This document shows positions 1-12,091 of a stretch of DNA of 64,000 nucleotides, piece by piece. The translations under genes and the position numbers were made by a program. The notes beneath the pieces are model-generated. The model worked only from the letters and a program-made list of their open reading frames with translations, ran no database searches and had not been told where the DNA came from. Location: NCBI GenBank assembly GCA_963741205.1, contig CAVUHW010000008.1:96001-160000 (forward strand). Reading direction: 5' to 3'. Every line of letters begins with the position of its first letter. Within the stretch, counting starts at the first letter, position 1. Source of the stretch: Nitrospirota bacterium. GTDB taxonomy: Bacteria; Nitrospirota; UBA9217.

Positions 1-20
1 TCCAGGCTCGTGTCGCAGAG

Positions 21-1607
21 GTGCTCAAGCTCCCGCTTTCCAAGGTCCGCGTCATAAGCCGCTATATGGGCGGCGGGTTCGGGAGCAAGCTCCAGGCGGG
101 AAAGAACACGATCATCGCGGCTGTACTCGCGAAGAAAACAGCAAGACCGGTGAAGCTCTTTCTCACGCGCGAGGAGACCTTCCTGGATGCGGGAAACCGG
201 CCCCCGGCGGATATGACCATCAAGGCGGGTGTCAAAAAGGACGGTACGCTCAGTGCCCTGGAGTTTACCGGCCTGGGCACGGGCGGCGCCTATCCGGCAG
301 GAGGGACCGGGCTCCTCGACTGGCTCGTCCGCGACCTCTATACTTGTCCCAACGTCCGAAGCGAAACAACGGACGTCTATATAAACGCCGGGCCTAGCCG
401 GCCATTCCGGGCGCCCGGCCATCCCCAAGGCTCCTGGGCTTTGGAGCAGATGATGGATTCCCTAGCAGAGGCCGTTAATCTGGACCCGGTCGAGCTGCGT
501 CTTAAGAATATCCCCACCTACAGCCAGGGACGGGAGGGAAACCCGCCCTATACCACGACGGGCTTAGAGCAGTGCATCAGGGAAGGCGCGGAAGTATTCG
601 GGTGGAAGGAGGCGAGGCAGCGCGCGGCTGCATCTGCAAAGAACGGCCAGGTCCGCCGAGGCGTGGGCATGGCGAGCTGCCTCTGGTTCGCGGGCGGCGG
701 CAACCCGCCGTCAACGGCGATCGTGAAGTTCTTCTCCGACGGAAGCGTGAATCTGAACCTCGGCATGAGCGATATCGGAACGGGCACCAAGACGGTGATG
801 GCCATGGTCGTCGCCGAGGAGTTGGGTGTTCAGCCTACGCTCATCCAGATAGAAAACGCGGACACCGCTACCACTCAGTACGCCACGCCCTCTGGCGGGA
901 GCAAGACCGTGCCCACCGAGGCGCCCACGGTTCGGGCCGCGAGCCTCCATGTAAAACAACAGCTCCTCGGGATGGCCGCAGAAGATTTGAAAACAGACGC
1001 ATCAAACCTCTCGTTCGAAGGCGACTCTATCATCTCAACAACCGATCCGTCGAAGAAGATCAAGATAACGGATATAACGACGCTCAAGAAACGCGGCCTG
1101 GTCGTCGGCGTGGGCTACCGCGGTCAGAACCCGGCGAACAAGGTCGTAAACCCCTTTGCCGCGCAGTTCTGCGAGGTGGAGGTGAACATGAAGACCGGCG
1201 AGGTGAAGATCCTGCGCTTCCTAGGCGCCCACGAGAGCGGCAGGGTGATGAACCGCATGGGATTCGACAGCCAGGTCTACGGCGGCATCACCATGGGCAT
1301 CGGGTACGCCATGAGCGAGGAGCGGATATTCGACGTATCGCAGACAGGGAAGATGGTGAACAGGAACTGGCACGATTATAAAATTCCCACGGCACTCGAT
1401 GTCCCGGCGGACATGTTGTCCCATGCCGTGGACCTTCCCGACCCCGAGGCGAACCTTGCGGGTGCAAAAGGTCTTGGAGAGCCGGTTACGATACCCACGG
1501 CTGCCGCCGTGGCAAACGCGGTGTACCATGCGACGGGTGTGCGCGTATCCGAGACGCCGATGAATGCGCTGCGGCTCAGCAAACTGTTTGCGGAAGCGAA
1601 GAAGTAA
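21..1607 (+). CDS. Xanthine dehydrogenase/aldehyde oxidoreductase family molybdopterin-binding subunit (5'-partial, starts before window)
   Basis: MGGGFGSK, PFRAPGHPQ, DIGTG, SGGSKT and AKGLGE motifs typical of XdhB/PaoC/CoxL large subunits. Confidence 0.93.
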   Translation: MLKLPLSKVRVISRYMGGGFGSKLQAGKNTIIAAVLAKKTARPVKLFLTREETFLDAGNRPPADMTIKAGVKKDGTLSALEFTGLGTGGAYPAGGTGLLDWLVRDLYTCPNVRSETTDVYINAGPSRPFRAPGHPQGSWALEQMMDSLAEAVNLDPVELRLKNIPTYSQGREGNPPYTTTGLEQCIREGAEVFGWKEARQRAAASAKNGQVRRGVGMASCLWFAGGGNPPSTAIVKFFSDGSVNLNLGMSDIGTGTKTVMAMVVAEELGVQPTLIQIENADTATTQYATPSGGSKTVPTEAPTVRAASLHVKQQLLGMAAEDLKTDASNLSFEGDSIISTTDPSKKIKITDITTLKKRGLVVGVGYRGQNPANKVVNPFAAQFCEVEVNMKTGEVKILRFLGAHESGRVMNRMGFDSQVYGGITMGIGYAMSEERIFDVSQTGKMVNRNWHDYKIPTALDVPADMLSHAVDLPDPEANLAGAKGLGEPVTIPTAAAVANAVYHATGVRVSETPMNALRLSKLFAEAKK

Positions 1608-1642
1608 GGGACCCGGAAGCTTCTCGCGTACTGCTTGAGACA

Positions 1643-1727
1643 CATCCCCCTCTCAATCTCCCCCTTGAAGGGGGAGAAGTTCAAAAAGTTTCCTCCCCTT
1701 CAAGGGGAGGATATAGGTGGGGATGGG
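1643..1727. repeat. Composite palindromic intergenic element (CTCCCCCTTGAAGGGGGAG / CCTCCCCTTCAAGGGGAGG type)
   Basis: Two internal hairpins enclosed by ATCCCC...GGGGAT; degenerate relative at 41026-41110. Confidence 0.75.
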
Positions 1728-1815
1728 TAGGACTGGAGAAGAGGGTATCGGAATCTTCTGAACCCTCTGCGGTGAAAAAGATTTTGATGTGAAGAAAGCG
1801 AAGGAGGGCTAAGCC

Positions 1816-2793
1816 ATGCTGCCGAATTTTTCCTATGTCCGTCCGAAAACGCTCAAAGACGCCGTGAAGCAGCTTTCTTCCGAGGGGAGCAGCTTGCTCG
1901 CCGGCGGGACAGATCTTCTGGGGTGCATGCACGATGGCGTCCTTCCAGTCAAGAAGATGGTAAGTATCACGGACCTTACAGACCTGCGTGGGATCAAAAA
2001 GATTGCCGACGACGGCCTGACAATAGGCGCCCTCACCACCGTTACCGAGGTTGCGGAGAACAAACTCGTTCAGGAATCATATCCCGGACTCGCGCAAGCT
2101 GCCGCGGAAGTAGCGAGTCCGCAGCTGCGGAACCAGGGCACGATCGGTGGAAATCTTTGCCAGAAGCCGAGGTGCTGGTATTACCGGGGAGAGTTTCACT
2201 GCCTCCGCAAGGGGGGGAAGCTCTGCTACGCGGCGTCCGGTGAGAACCAGTTTCACTGCATCTTCGGCGGCGGACCCTGTTACATCGTCCATCCGTCGGA
2301 TATTGCGCCGGCCCTCGCGGCTTTCGGCGCGTCAGTGAAAACCGTGGGGCCGAAGGGGGGCAGAACAATACCGGTCGATGCATTCCACGTGCTCCCGGCC
2401 GTAGATGTGCTTCGGGACACAGTCCTGGGGCCGGGGGAGATCGTGACAGGGATCGTCCTGCCGCGGCCGCCAAAGGGCACGCGGAGTTCCTACCGCAAGG
2501 TGCGGGCAAGAAACTCCTGGGACTTCGCCGTAGCCGGAGCGGCCATCAAGCTCACCATGGAAGGCGAGGTGATAGCGAAGGCAAGGATTGTCCTTTCCGG
2601 CGCTGCGCCGGTTCCCTGGAGGTCGAAGGCAGCGGAAGAAGCGGTCATCGGCAAGCGGCTTGGTCCGGACGTGATAGCTCACGCAGCGGAAGCTGCGGTC
2701 AAAGGGGCAGAGCCGCTCGAGCACAACGGATACAAGGTCGCGATCTTTCGCGGCATCATCCAGGAGGAATTGTCGAAACTCGCGAAGGTGTGA
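1816..2793 (+). CDS. Xanthine dehydrogenase family FAD-binding subunit, PaoB/YagS-like with Cys-rich [4Fe-4S] insert
   Basis: AGGTDL, ASPQLRNQGTIGGNL, CQKPRCWYYR..C..C..C insert, HPSD; SD AGGAGG upstream. Confidence 0.92.
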   Translation: MLPNFSYVRPKTLKDAVKQLSSEGSSLLAGGTDLLGCMHDGVLPVKKMVSITDLTDLRGIKKIADDGLTIGALTTVTEVAENKLVQESYPGLAQAAAEVASPQLRNQGTIGGNLCQKPRCWYYRGEFHCLRKGGKLCYAASGENQFHCIFGGGPCYIVHPSDIAPALAAFGASVKTVGPKGGRTIPVDAFHVLPAVDVLRDTVLGPGEIVTGIVLPRPPKGTRSSYRKVRARNSWDFAVAGAAIKLTMEGEVIAKARIVLSGAAPVPWRSKAAEEAVIGKRLGPDVIAHAAEAAVKGAEPLEHNGYKVAIFRGIIQEELSKLAKV

Positions 2794-2809
2794 TTGCGGC
2801 TGTGTAAAC

Positions 2810-2837
2810 AAAGGCGCCCATCTTGGGCGCCTTTTTT
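2810..2837 (+). terminator. Rho-independent terminator
   Basis: AAAGGCGCCCA-TCT-TGGGCGCC followed by TTTTTT just after the stop codon. Confidence 0.85.
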
Positions 2838-2906
2838 ATGGCCGGCATGCGAACACTGTTGCCTATCTACAAAAATCGTATGTAGACTGGCGATCTTTTT
2901 TCAATC

Positions 2907-3026
2907 CGTCATTCCCGAACGCTTTAATCGGGAATCCAGGGGTTCGAAGACTCACCCTGCAGCGGCGTAGCACTCAACCGCCGAGTGCAGGCTGGGTGCC
3001 CGATAAAGGCATTCGGGGGGACGACG
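2907..3026. repeat. REP/REPIN-like GTCATTCCCG...GGGAATCC element with a nested CCTGCA/TGCAGG module
   Basis: CGTCATTCCCGAACGCTTTAATCGGGAATCCAG ... CTGGGTGCCCGATAAAGGCATTCGGGGGGACGACG imperfect inverted arms. Confidence 0.7.
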
Positions 3027-3131
3027 AGCGATGGATATCGCCGTCAAAAAAAATGCAATCGCTTTTTCAGGCCCATCGCAAACTCCGCGCAGGAAGATGG
3101 TATACTTACAGGTAAAAAGGAGCGGATACAG

Positions 3132-4188
3132 ATGCCGGAACGTGTCGTAGAATCCTTCGCAGTAAAACGCCTCGAAATCCTTGATGCACAGGGAAATATC
3201 GACAGCAGCCTCGCGCCTAACTTTGACCGATGATGAAATAAAAAGGATGTACGAGCTTCTCATTCTTTCCCGGACCTTCGACCAGCGTGCGCTCGCTCTC
3301 CAGCGGGAGGGACGTCTCGGCACCTATCCCTCGATGCTGGGGCAGGAGGCGTCGCAGGTAGGAAGCGCTTTTGCCGCGGAGAAATCGGACTGGATATTCC
3401 CTACATTCAGGGAGCACGGCGCTTACATCACAACGGGCTTTCCCATGCATATGATCTTTCAATACTGGATGGGCGATGAACGGGGCCTGAAAATCCCGGA
3501 CGGTCTGAACATCTTCCCTCTCAGCATTCCCGTCGGGACCCAGGTGCCCCACGCCGTCGGCGCCGCGATGGCCGCGAAGTACCGGAAAGACCGGGTCGCC
3601 GCTCTCGTCTATTTCGGCGACGGCGGAAGTTCGAAGGGTGATTTCCACGAAGGTATGAACATGGCGGGCTTATTCAAGCTTCCCGTCGTGTTTCTCTGCC
3701 AGAACAATCAATGGGCGATATCAGTGCCGCGGGAACAGCAGACCGCATCAAAGACCATTGCGCAGAAGGCCTATGCGTACGGTTTCGAAGGCATCCAGGT
3801 GGACGGAAACGACGTCTTCGCCGTGTACAAGGCAACGCACGATGCCGTCCAAAAGGCAAAAGAGGGCGGCGGCCCGACCCTGATAGAATGCGACACCTAC
3901 CGGATTGCGGACCATACCACGGCCGACGACGCCTCCCGCTACCGGATGAAGGAACAGACCGAACAGTGGAAGGCCAGGGACCCCATCCTGCGGCTTAAGC
4001 TGTTCATGGAGAAGAAGGGCCTGTGGACCGAGCAGTATCAAAAAGAGGTTGACGGGCGGTCTAAGGCTGCGGTCGACGAAGCGATAAAGACCGCAGAGTC
4101 CGTGGCCCCGCCTGATCCGCGGGACCTGTTCACCTTCACCTACACAAGCCTCTCACAAAGGCAGACGAGACAACTGAAGGATATTTGA
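3132..4188 (+). CDS. pdhA: Pyruvate (2-oxoacid) dehydrogenase E1 alpha subunit; apparent frameshift near 3220
   Basis: MPERVV..LEILDAQG in one frame joins LTDDEIKRMY; GQEASQVG, GDG..S.GDFHEGMN, NNQWAIS, HTTADD motifs. Confidence 0.9.
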
Positions 4189-4189
4189 T

Positions 4190-5153
4190 ATGGCGACGAT
4201 GAACATGGTCCAGGCCCTGAATCTTGCGCTCAGGGAAGAGATGGAGCGGGACAAGGACGTGGTCGTCCTGGGCGAAGACGTGGGCAAGGACGGCGGCGTA
4301 TTCCGGGTGACGGACGGCTTGTTTGGCCGCTTCGGTCCTGAACGCGTTGTTGACACGCCGCTTGCGGAAACCGGGATCGTCGGCGCGGCCTTCGGCATGG
4401 CTGCCTATGGACTCAAGCCCGTGGTGGAAATCCAGTTCATGGGGTTCATTTATTCCGCCATCGACCAGTTGGTCTCACACGCATCGCGCATCCGGGCGCG
4501 CTCGCGGGGTAGGTTCGGTTGTCCGCTCGTGGTACGCACACCCTACGGCGCGGGAGTCAAGGCGCTGGAACACCATTCGGAAAGCACGGAGGCGCTCTTC
4601 TGCCAGATACCGGGCTTGAAGGTCGTCGTGCCTTCGTCCCCACGCATCGCGAAGGGGCTGCTCCTTGCCTCCATCAGGGACCCGGACCCCGTCGTGTTTC
4701 TGGAGCCTACCAGACTCTACCGGCTCATCAAGGAGGACGTGCCCGAAATCGACTACACCGTTCCCCTGGGAAAGGCCAGGATCGCCCGGGAGGGGAAGGC
4801 AGTCACCGTGATCGCCTGGGGGAGCATGTTCCACCGGACGATGCAGGCAGTGGAGGGGTTCGACGCCGAGGTGATCGACCTGATGACGCTCTCCCCCTTT
4901 GACGAAGAGGCCGTGCTTCAGTCGGCGAAAAAGACGGGAAGGGTCGTGATCGTCCACGAAGCGCCCGAGACGTGCGGACTGGGTGCGGAGATCTCCGCGA
5001 CGATCGCCCAGCACGCCATGCTGCATCTGAGGGCGCCCATCATCCGGGTCACGGGATATGGACGTCGTCATGCCTCTGCCGAAGCTCGAGGACTACTACG
5101 TGCCGACGATCGAGAAGATCCGGAAGGGCATCGAGACGGTGATGCAATATTAA
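4190..5153 (+). CDS. pdhB: Pyruvate (2-oxoacid) dehydrogenase E1 beta subunit; frameshift near 5060
   Basis: GEDVGKDGGVFRVT, DTPLAE, EIQF, EHHSES; alternative frame gives DVVMPLPKLEDYYVP..VMQY* ending 5153. Confidence 0.9.
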
Positions 5154-5176
5154 ATCGACAGAGCAGTCAACCAGGG

Positions 5177-5238
5177 TTAGCTGCAAGCGGTCAAGCAGCA
5201 AGGTAACATCAACCTTGCTACGTGCTACCTGCGCTAAT
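5177..5238. repeat. Heptamer-periodic inverted repeat between pdhB and pdhC
   Basis: TTAGC..AAGCAGCAAGG / CCTTGCTACGTGCTACCTGCGCTAA. Confidence 0.5.
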
Positions 5239-5285
5239 CGCACTACGGCACTATTCGCCAAGTAACCTGTGAAAGGACAACGACC

Positions 5286-6482
5286 ATGGCTTTCGAATTC
5301 AAATTGCCCGACCTGGGCGAAGGCATAGCCGAGGCCGAGATCAGGAAGTGGCTGGTCAAGGCAGGCGACGCCATAGAAGAGCACCAGGCCGTGGTCGAGG
5401 TGGAGACGGACAAGGCCGTCGTGGAAGTCCCGTCTCCGAAAAAGGGGACCGTTCTCAAGGTCAACAGGGAAGAGGGGGAGACGGTAAAGGTCGGCGAGGT
5501 GCTCATGGTCGTCGGGGAGGCGGGAGAGAAGATCGAGGAGCCTCGCCCTGCGGAAAAAAAACCCGCAGCAGAAGAGCGGCCGAAGTCTGTTTCCGTTGTG
5601 GGCGTCCTGCCCGAGGAAGAGGAGGCGGTAGTACTCGCCACGCCCGCTGTCCGGGCCTTCGCAAAGGAGCAAGGGGTTTCCCTCGAAAAAGTCAGGGGCT
5701 CCGGCCCGGGGGGGAGCATTACCCGGGAGGACGTGCAGAAGGCGTCGAAGCTGCCAGGCAAGGCAGAAGACCAGTACGGGACTGTCGAGCGGGTCGCCAT
5801 ACGCGGCGTAAGAAAGGCGATCGCGAAGAACCTTCTTTTTTCGCAGAAGACGACCGCGTCCGTCACGGAAACGGACGAGGCGGACATCACCGAGCTCTGG
5901 TCCCTGCGGGAGCGAGAGAAGAAGGCGCTGCAGGACAAGGGGATACACCTCACGTTCATGCCCTTTTTCATGAAGGCGGTTCAGCACACGTGCATGGAGT
6001 TCGCAGCGTTCAACGCCTCCGTGGACGAGCAGCGTGAAGAGATCATGGTCAAGAAATATTACAACATCGGTGTTGCCGTGGATACGCCGGAAGGCCTCAT
6101 CGTCCCGGTGGTGAAGAACGTCGAGAAAAAGACCATCCGCGAGCTGGCCCAGGAGCTTACCGACTTCTCGAAGCAGGCGCGGGAGCGGACGGTGAAGCTG
6201 GAAGACCTGAAGGGAAGCACCTTTACGATTACCAATTACGGAACGTACGGCAGCACCTTTGCCACGCCCATCATCAACTATCCGGACGTGGCGATCCTCG
6301 GGACCGGGAAAATCACCGACAAACCCTGGGTCAAGGAAGGCAAGATCGTCATCCGCAAGGTCCTCCCGCTGTCTCTCACCTTCGACCACCGGGTGAATGA
6401 CGGCGCAGGAGCGGCGAAATTCCTGACGCGTCTCGTCGGGTATCTCGAAGACCCGGCGTCGCTCTTTATCGAAAGCGCATAG
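5286..6482 (+). CDS. pdhC: Dihydrolipoamide acyltransferase E2 component
   Basis: Lipoyl domain VETDKA, E3-binding ATPAVR..GSGPGG.IT, catalytic FDHRVNDG. Confidence 0.93.
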   Translation: MAFEFKLPDLGEGIAEAEIRKWLVKAGDAIEEHQAVVEVETDKAVVEVPSPKKGTVLKVNREEGETVKVGEVLMVVGEAGEKIEEPRPAEKKPAAEERPKSVSVVGVLPEEEEAVVLATPAVRAFAKEQGVSLEKVRGSGPGGSITREDVQKASKLPGKAEDQYGTVERVAIRGVRKAIAKNLLFSQKTTASVTETDEADITELWSLREREKKALQDKGIHLTFMPFFMKAVQHTCMEFAAFNASVDEQREEIMVKKYYNIGVAVDTPEGLIVPVVKNVEKKTIRELAQELTDFSKQARERTVKLEDLKGSTFTITNYGTYGSTFATPIINYPDVAILGTGKITDKPWVKEGKIVIRKVLPLSLTFDHRVNDGAGAAKFLTRLVGYLEDPASLFIESA

Positions 6483-6642
6483 TCAGTAAACCGTTTTAAA
6501 CATGAATCGGAATCACCGAGGTCTTCGAATGTCCAAAGGGTGTTAAGACATCCCCGAATGCTCCCATTCGGGGATATGGTTTAACACCAGACTTCCTTGC
6601 GAACTTTAAATCTTCGCGAGAATGAATGATCTCTTGATCACA

Positions 6643-7270
6643 ATGGTCAAGACCCGTGGAGGCGAAAAGAACTCTCTGTTGTCGTCGGTATAGACCTGGC
6701 AGGGAGCCCGCTCCGAAATACCGGCGTCTGCGCGCTCCGCGGCATGACGATAACGTCGATCGAAACGCTCCATCCCGACGAAGAAATCCTCGACTTCGTC
6801 GAACGCAATCACCCCGATCTCATCGCCATAGACGCTCCACTCAGCCTCCCTCCGGGAAGAACTTCCCTCGAAGATCGAAACGCTGAACACTTCCGTCCCA
6901 GCGACCGGGAACTTATGAAACGGGGCATCCGGTTCTTTCCCATCACCCTGGGACCCATGCGCATGCTCACCGCGCGAGGCATCAAACTGAAGAAGATACT
7001 GACACGACGCAATTACCCGTCATCGAGATCTATCCCGGAGCTGCGCAGGATATTTTCGGGATCCCGCGAAAGCAGCATGGGCTCGGAAAACTTCAAAGAG
7101 GCCTGGAGCGGCTGGGGCTTAGAGGCCTGAAGAAAGATATGAACGGCGATGAGCTTGATGCCGTGACCGGCGCATTCGTGGGAAGTCTGTACCTCAAAGG
7201 GAAGGCGGAGGTGCTGGGGGATGTGAAGACCGGGGCGATCATTGTTCCGAAAAAAACGAGTTCTAAATAG
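6643..7270 (+). CDS. DUF429-domain protein (predicted RNase H-like nuclease), frameshifted
   Basis: VVGIDLAG, IAIDAPLS, R..DREL...GIRFFP, (E)IYPGAA and DELDAV segments across frames. Confidence 0.7.
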
Positions 7271-7393
7271 TCAGGGGATAGATTCACATTACCTTGATCA
7301 GGTGTTGCGGCGCTGAACCGGCTGCCCGAAATCCCCGAGTAATGGACAGCATCTTATTATGATCTTCACGGAATCTCTAAACGATCATTCGAC

Positions 7394-7421
7394 AAAAAAG
7401 GCGACCTTTCGGTCGCCTTTT
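7394..7421. terminator. Bidirectional terminator between convergent DUF429 and hisG
   Basis: AAAAAAGGCGACC-TTTC-GGTCGCCTTTT. Confidence 0.85.
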
Positions 7422-7425
7422 CAAT

Positions 7426-8347
7426 TTACGGTATCACCTTGTTCAGCGGATACTCCACGATCCCCGATGCACCTCTTCGTTTGAGCCGGGGGATCAGGTT
7501 GCGGGCGAGTTTTTCATCGAGGATCACCTCGAGGCTCACCCACGCGGGGTCCGTCTGGTGCGAGATCGTGGGGGCGTGCATGGACGGGAGCAGGCCGCAA
7601 ATCTCCTTCAGGTTTGCCTTGGGCGCATTCATCTTGAGGCCGACCTTTTCCTCGGCAGCAAGCGCACCCTGGAGCAGCATGGCCATGCTCTCGATCTTCT
7701 TCCGTTTCCAGGGGTCCTTCCATGCTTTTTTATTAGCGATGAGTCGGGTTGTGGACTCAAGCATGACCTCGACGATTCGGAGCTTGTTTGCCTTCAAGGA
7801 GCTGCCCGTCTCGGTCAACTCCACGATGGCGTCGGCGAGCGTCGGCGGTTTCACTTCCGTGGCGCCCCAGGAGAACTCGATGTCGGCGGTGACTCCCTTG
7901 GATTTGAGATAGCGCTTGGTGTAACCTACGAGCTCCGTAGCGATGCGCTTGCCTTTCAGGTCCTTGACGGATCTGAATGGCCGAGTCTTCTGGTACGGCC
8001 ACGACCCAGCGTACGGGATTCAGGCCGCCCTTTGCGTAGCGGAGCTCGGCGACCTCGACAACGTCGGCATCCTGCTCCAGGATCCAGTCCTTGCCCGTGA
8101 GGCCTACGTCGAAGATGCCGTTGTCCACGTACCGGGCCATCTCCTGGGCGCGAACCATGATGCACCCGATGTCAGGATCGTCGATGCTGGGGTAGTAGCT
8201 TCGCGAGCTTACCTGGATGCGGTAGCCGGCCTTGTTGAAGAGCTTGAAGGTCGCTTCCTGCAGGCTTCCCTTGGGCAGGCCGAGTTTGAGCTTCGGACTT
8301 GCGAGCGCTGCAGCTTTCGGTGTTTGTTTCTTTGATTTTACAGGCAT
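7426..8347 (-). CDS. hisG: ATP phosphoribosyltransferase (long form); frameshift near 7975
   Basis: [26 protein letters not shown]-terminal ACT-like PTIS..GA.GIVEYP. Confidence 0.93.
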
Positions 8348-8368
8348 GTGATCTCCTTGTTGTGTAAA

Positions 8369-8454
8369 GGAGCCAGGAGCCAGAAGCCAGGAGTCAGAAA
8401 GAAATGCAATAAGCTCTCTCCTGACTCCTGACTTCTGACTTCTGACTCTCCTGA
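8369..8454. repeat. Heptamer tandem/inverted repeat hairpin (G[GA]AG[CT]CA x4 / T[CT]CTGAC x4)
   Basis: GGAGCCA GGAGCCA GAAGCCA GGAGTCA ... TCCTGAC TCCTGAC TTCTGAC TTCTGAC. Confidence 0.85.
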
Positions 8455-8458
8455 TGCT

Positions 8459-9751
8459 TTATTTCTTCTCCATCCTCACCCTGATCGTATTGCCGTGCGC
8501 TTCGAGCCCTTCGACATCCGCAATCTGCATCACTGCCTCCCCGACCCTCTCCAATCCTTCCTTCGTGTAGAAGAGCAGGCTCGACTTTTTCATGAAGCTG
8601 TCCGTGGACAGGGGAGAGAAAAACCGCGCCGTGCCGCCCGTAGGAAGCACATGGTTCGGCCCGGCGATATAGTCTCCCACGGATTCGGGCGTGTAATGAC
8701 CGAGGAAGATGGCACCCGCATTCTTGATCAGCGCCAGGAGTTCGAAAGGTTTATCCACGGCGAGCTCGAGATGCTCCGGGGCGATGGAGTTCGACACGTC
8801 CGCCGCCTCCTGCAGGCTGCCGGTAATCACGATCGCTCCGAAGCGGTCGATGGCCTTACGAGCGATTTCTTTTCTCGTCAGGTTCGCCATCTGGCGCTCT
8901 ACTTCGGCGTCCACCTTCTCGGCGATTTCCTTCGATGTCGTTATGAGAATGGATGAGGCAAGTTCATCGTGCTCCGCCTGGGAAAGCAGATCGGCAGCAA
9001 CGAATCTCGGATTCGCCGATTGGTCCGCTATGACCAGGATTTCGCTCGGACCGGCGATCATGTCGATGTCCACTTGGCCGAAGACATACCGTTTAGCCGT
9101 GGCCACATAGATATTGCCCGGGCCTACGATCTTGTCTACCTTGGGGACGGAGGCGGTGCCGTATGCCATGGCCGCTATCGCCTGCGCTCCGCCAATCCGG
9201 TAGATCTCGGTCATCCCGGCGATGTCCGCGGCAACAAGGATGTAGGGGTTCAGGTTACCGCCAGGCGCCGGCGAGCACATGATGAGCTGTTCCACGCCCG
9301 CGACTTTTGCGGGGATGACGTTCATGAGCACCGTGGAAGGATAGCAGGCCTTTCCTCCGGGTACGTAGACGCCGACGCTCCGGATCGGCCGCGCCAGCTG
9401 GCCAAGGATCACGCCGTCGGCCTCCTGGCTGACCCAGGAGCTCATCTTTTGTTTTTCGTGAAATGTCCGGATGTTTTGAGCCGCGAGTTTGAGCGCTTCG
9501 ACTTTCTTTGTATCAACTTGCGTATAGGCTGCCTTGATCTCGTCCGGAGAAATCCTGATGTCCTTGAGTGTGAGCTTCACCTTGTCGAACTTCTCGGTGA
9601 ATACCAGCACCGCCGGATCGCCTTCCTTCCGAACACGTTCCACGACTTCCTTGACTGCCACGGAGACTTCCTCCGTCGCGGTCTCACCGCGGTTGACGAT
9701 CCGCTTGAGCTCGATGGTGATGTCTTTTTCACTTGCGTCGAAGATCTTCAT
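8459..9751 (-). CDS. hisD: Histidinol dehydrogenase
   Basis: YVPGG, GPGNIYV, IDMIAGPSE, SQAEHD, APEHLE, GPNHVLPT. Confidence 0.97.
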   Translation of the reverse strand: MKIFDASEKDITIELKRIVNRGETATEEVSVAVKEVVERVRKEGDPAVLVFTEKFDKVKLTLKDIRISPDEIKAAYTQVDTKKVEALKLAAQNIRTFHEKQKMSSWVSQEADGVILGQLARPIRSVGVYVPGGKACYPSTVLMNVIPAKVAGVEQLIMCSPAPGGNLNPYILVAADIAGMTEIYRIGGAQAIAAMAYGTASVPKVDKIVGPGNIYVATAKRYVFGQVDIDMIAGPSEILVIADQSANPRFVAADLLSQAEHDELASSILITTSKEIAEKVDAEVERQMANLTRKEIARKAIDRFGAIVITGSLQEAADVSNSIAPEHLELAVDKPFELLALIKNAGAIFLGHYTPESVGDYIAGPNHVLPTGGTARFFSPLSTDSFMKKSSLLFYTKEGLERVGEAVMQIADVEGLEAHGNTIRVRMEKK

Positions 9752-9774
9752 GCAAACCCTCACTTCTTAATGTT

Positions 9775-9854
9775 TAACCACGGATGAACACGGACAACTC
9801 GGAAAATTGGAAAAAAATCTTTTTGAAGGTTTAAACCGTGTTCATCTGTGGTTA
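9775..9854. repeat. 9-10-bp periodic inverted repeat (AACCACGGATGAACACGG type)
   Basis: TAACCACGGATGAACACGGACAACTCGG ... ACCGTGTTCATCTGTGGTTA. Confidence 0.85.
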
Positions 9855-9860
9855 CAATTC

Positions 9861-11109
<1,249 letters not shown>

Positions 11110-11116
11110 AAGATAC

Positions 11117-11175
11117 GCGCATGGCGCATAGGGCATAGCGCAAAGGGTTCAACGCCCTGCTCTATGCGCTCTGCC
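11117..11175. repeat. Heptamer-periodic inverted repeat (GCGCATA type)
   Basis: GCGCATG GCGCATA GGGCATA GCGCAAA GGG ... CGCCCTG CTCTATG CGCTCTG. Confidence 0.75.
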
Positions 11176-11178
11176 TGT

Positions 11179-12042
11179 CTAAAGTTTCTTTGCCTCTATC
11201 ACCCGCTCGATTCCCGCAAGGTCCTTCAGAACACGCGGTGAATCGTACGCCCGCGTATCCCGAATTATCCGCCTGAGCGTCCCCGCCTGGCCGAGCCCCA
11301 TCTCCATGATGAGGCGGCCATTGCTGTTGAGTAAGCGCGGCGCCTGTTCGATGATTTTCCGATGGACCTCCGTGCCGTCCGGGCCGGCAAAGAGCGCCAT
11401 TGACGGTTCGTGATCCCTTACCTCGGGCTGGAGCGCGGTACGGTCTCCCGAGGCAATATAGGGCGGATTCGAGACAATAATATCAACTTGCCCCCCTATG
11501 TCGAGCTCTTCCAGCGGCTCGAAGAGGTCGCCCTCGAGGAACCGGATCCGGTCCGCGACTCCGTGGCTGCGGGCGTTCTCGCGGGCCACTTTAAGGGCCT
11601 TCGCCGACGTATCGGTCGCGAAGATCCTTGCATCCGTCAATTCCTTCGCCAGGCTTACGGCGATGCAGCCCGAGCCTGTGCAGGCGTCGACGATCGTGAG
11701 CGGTTTGTTCCTGTCCGGCACAACGGCAAGGGTTGTCTCGATGACCAGCTCGGTCTCGGGTCTCGGGATGAGCACATCAGGCGTAACCAGGAAATCGAGG
11801 CCCCAGAACTCCTGCTTGCCCGTAATATACTGCAGGGGTTCCCGCCGTGTCCTGCGTTCTATGGCTTGTTCAAAGGTCCTGCGATGCTCCTCGCCAATCA
11901 CGTCCTGGAAGTGGGCCAAGAGCCACGCGCGGTCGCATCCGAGCGCATGACGGAGCAGCACCTCGGCGTCAAGCCGGTTATTGGATACACCTGCCGCGGC
12001 CAGTTTGGCCGACGCGTCGTTTATTGCGTTAATAAGAGTCAT
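11179..12042 (-). CDS. prmC: Release factor glutamine methyltransferase
   Basis: REPLQYITG, VLIPRPETE, D.CTGSGCIA, SNPPYI. Confidence 0.96.
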   Translation of the reverse strand: MTLINAINDASAKLAAAGVSNNRLDAEVLLRHALGCDRAWLLAHFQDVIGEEHRRTFEQAIERRTRREPLQYITGKQEFWGLDFLVTPDVLIPRPETELVIETTLAVVPDRNKPLTIVDACTGSGCIAVSLAKELTDARIFATDTSAKALKVARENARSHGVADRIRFLEGDLFEPLEELDIGGQVDIIVSNPPYIASGDRTALQPEVRDHEPSMALFAGPDGTEVHRKIIEQAPRLLNSNGRLIMEMGLGQAGTLRRIIRDTRAYDSPRVLKDLAGIERVIEAKKL

Positions 12043-12048
12043 CTGAAA

Positions 12049-12090
12049 ATTGCGGCTTTCGGAATTAAACGCTTTCAAAATCCGCAATCG
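12049..12090. repeat. Short heptamer-type inverted repeat (ATTGCGG / TCCGCAAT)
   Basis: ATTGCGG CTTTCGG AATT ... TTCAAAA TCCGCAA TC. Confidence 0.5.
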
Positions 12091-12091
12091 T

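Noticed and set aside
2938-2950. tRNA T-arm-like GGTTCGAA
   Set aside because: No cloverleaf; it lies inside a palindromic repeat.
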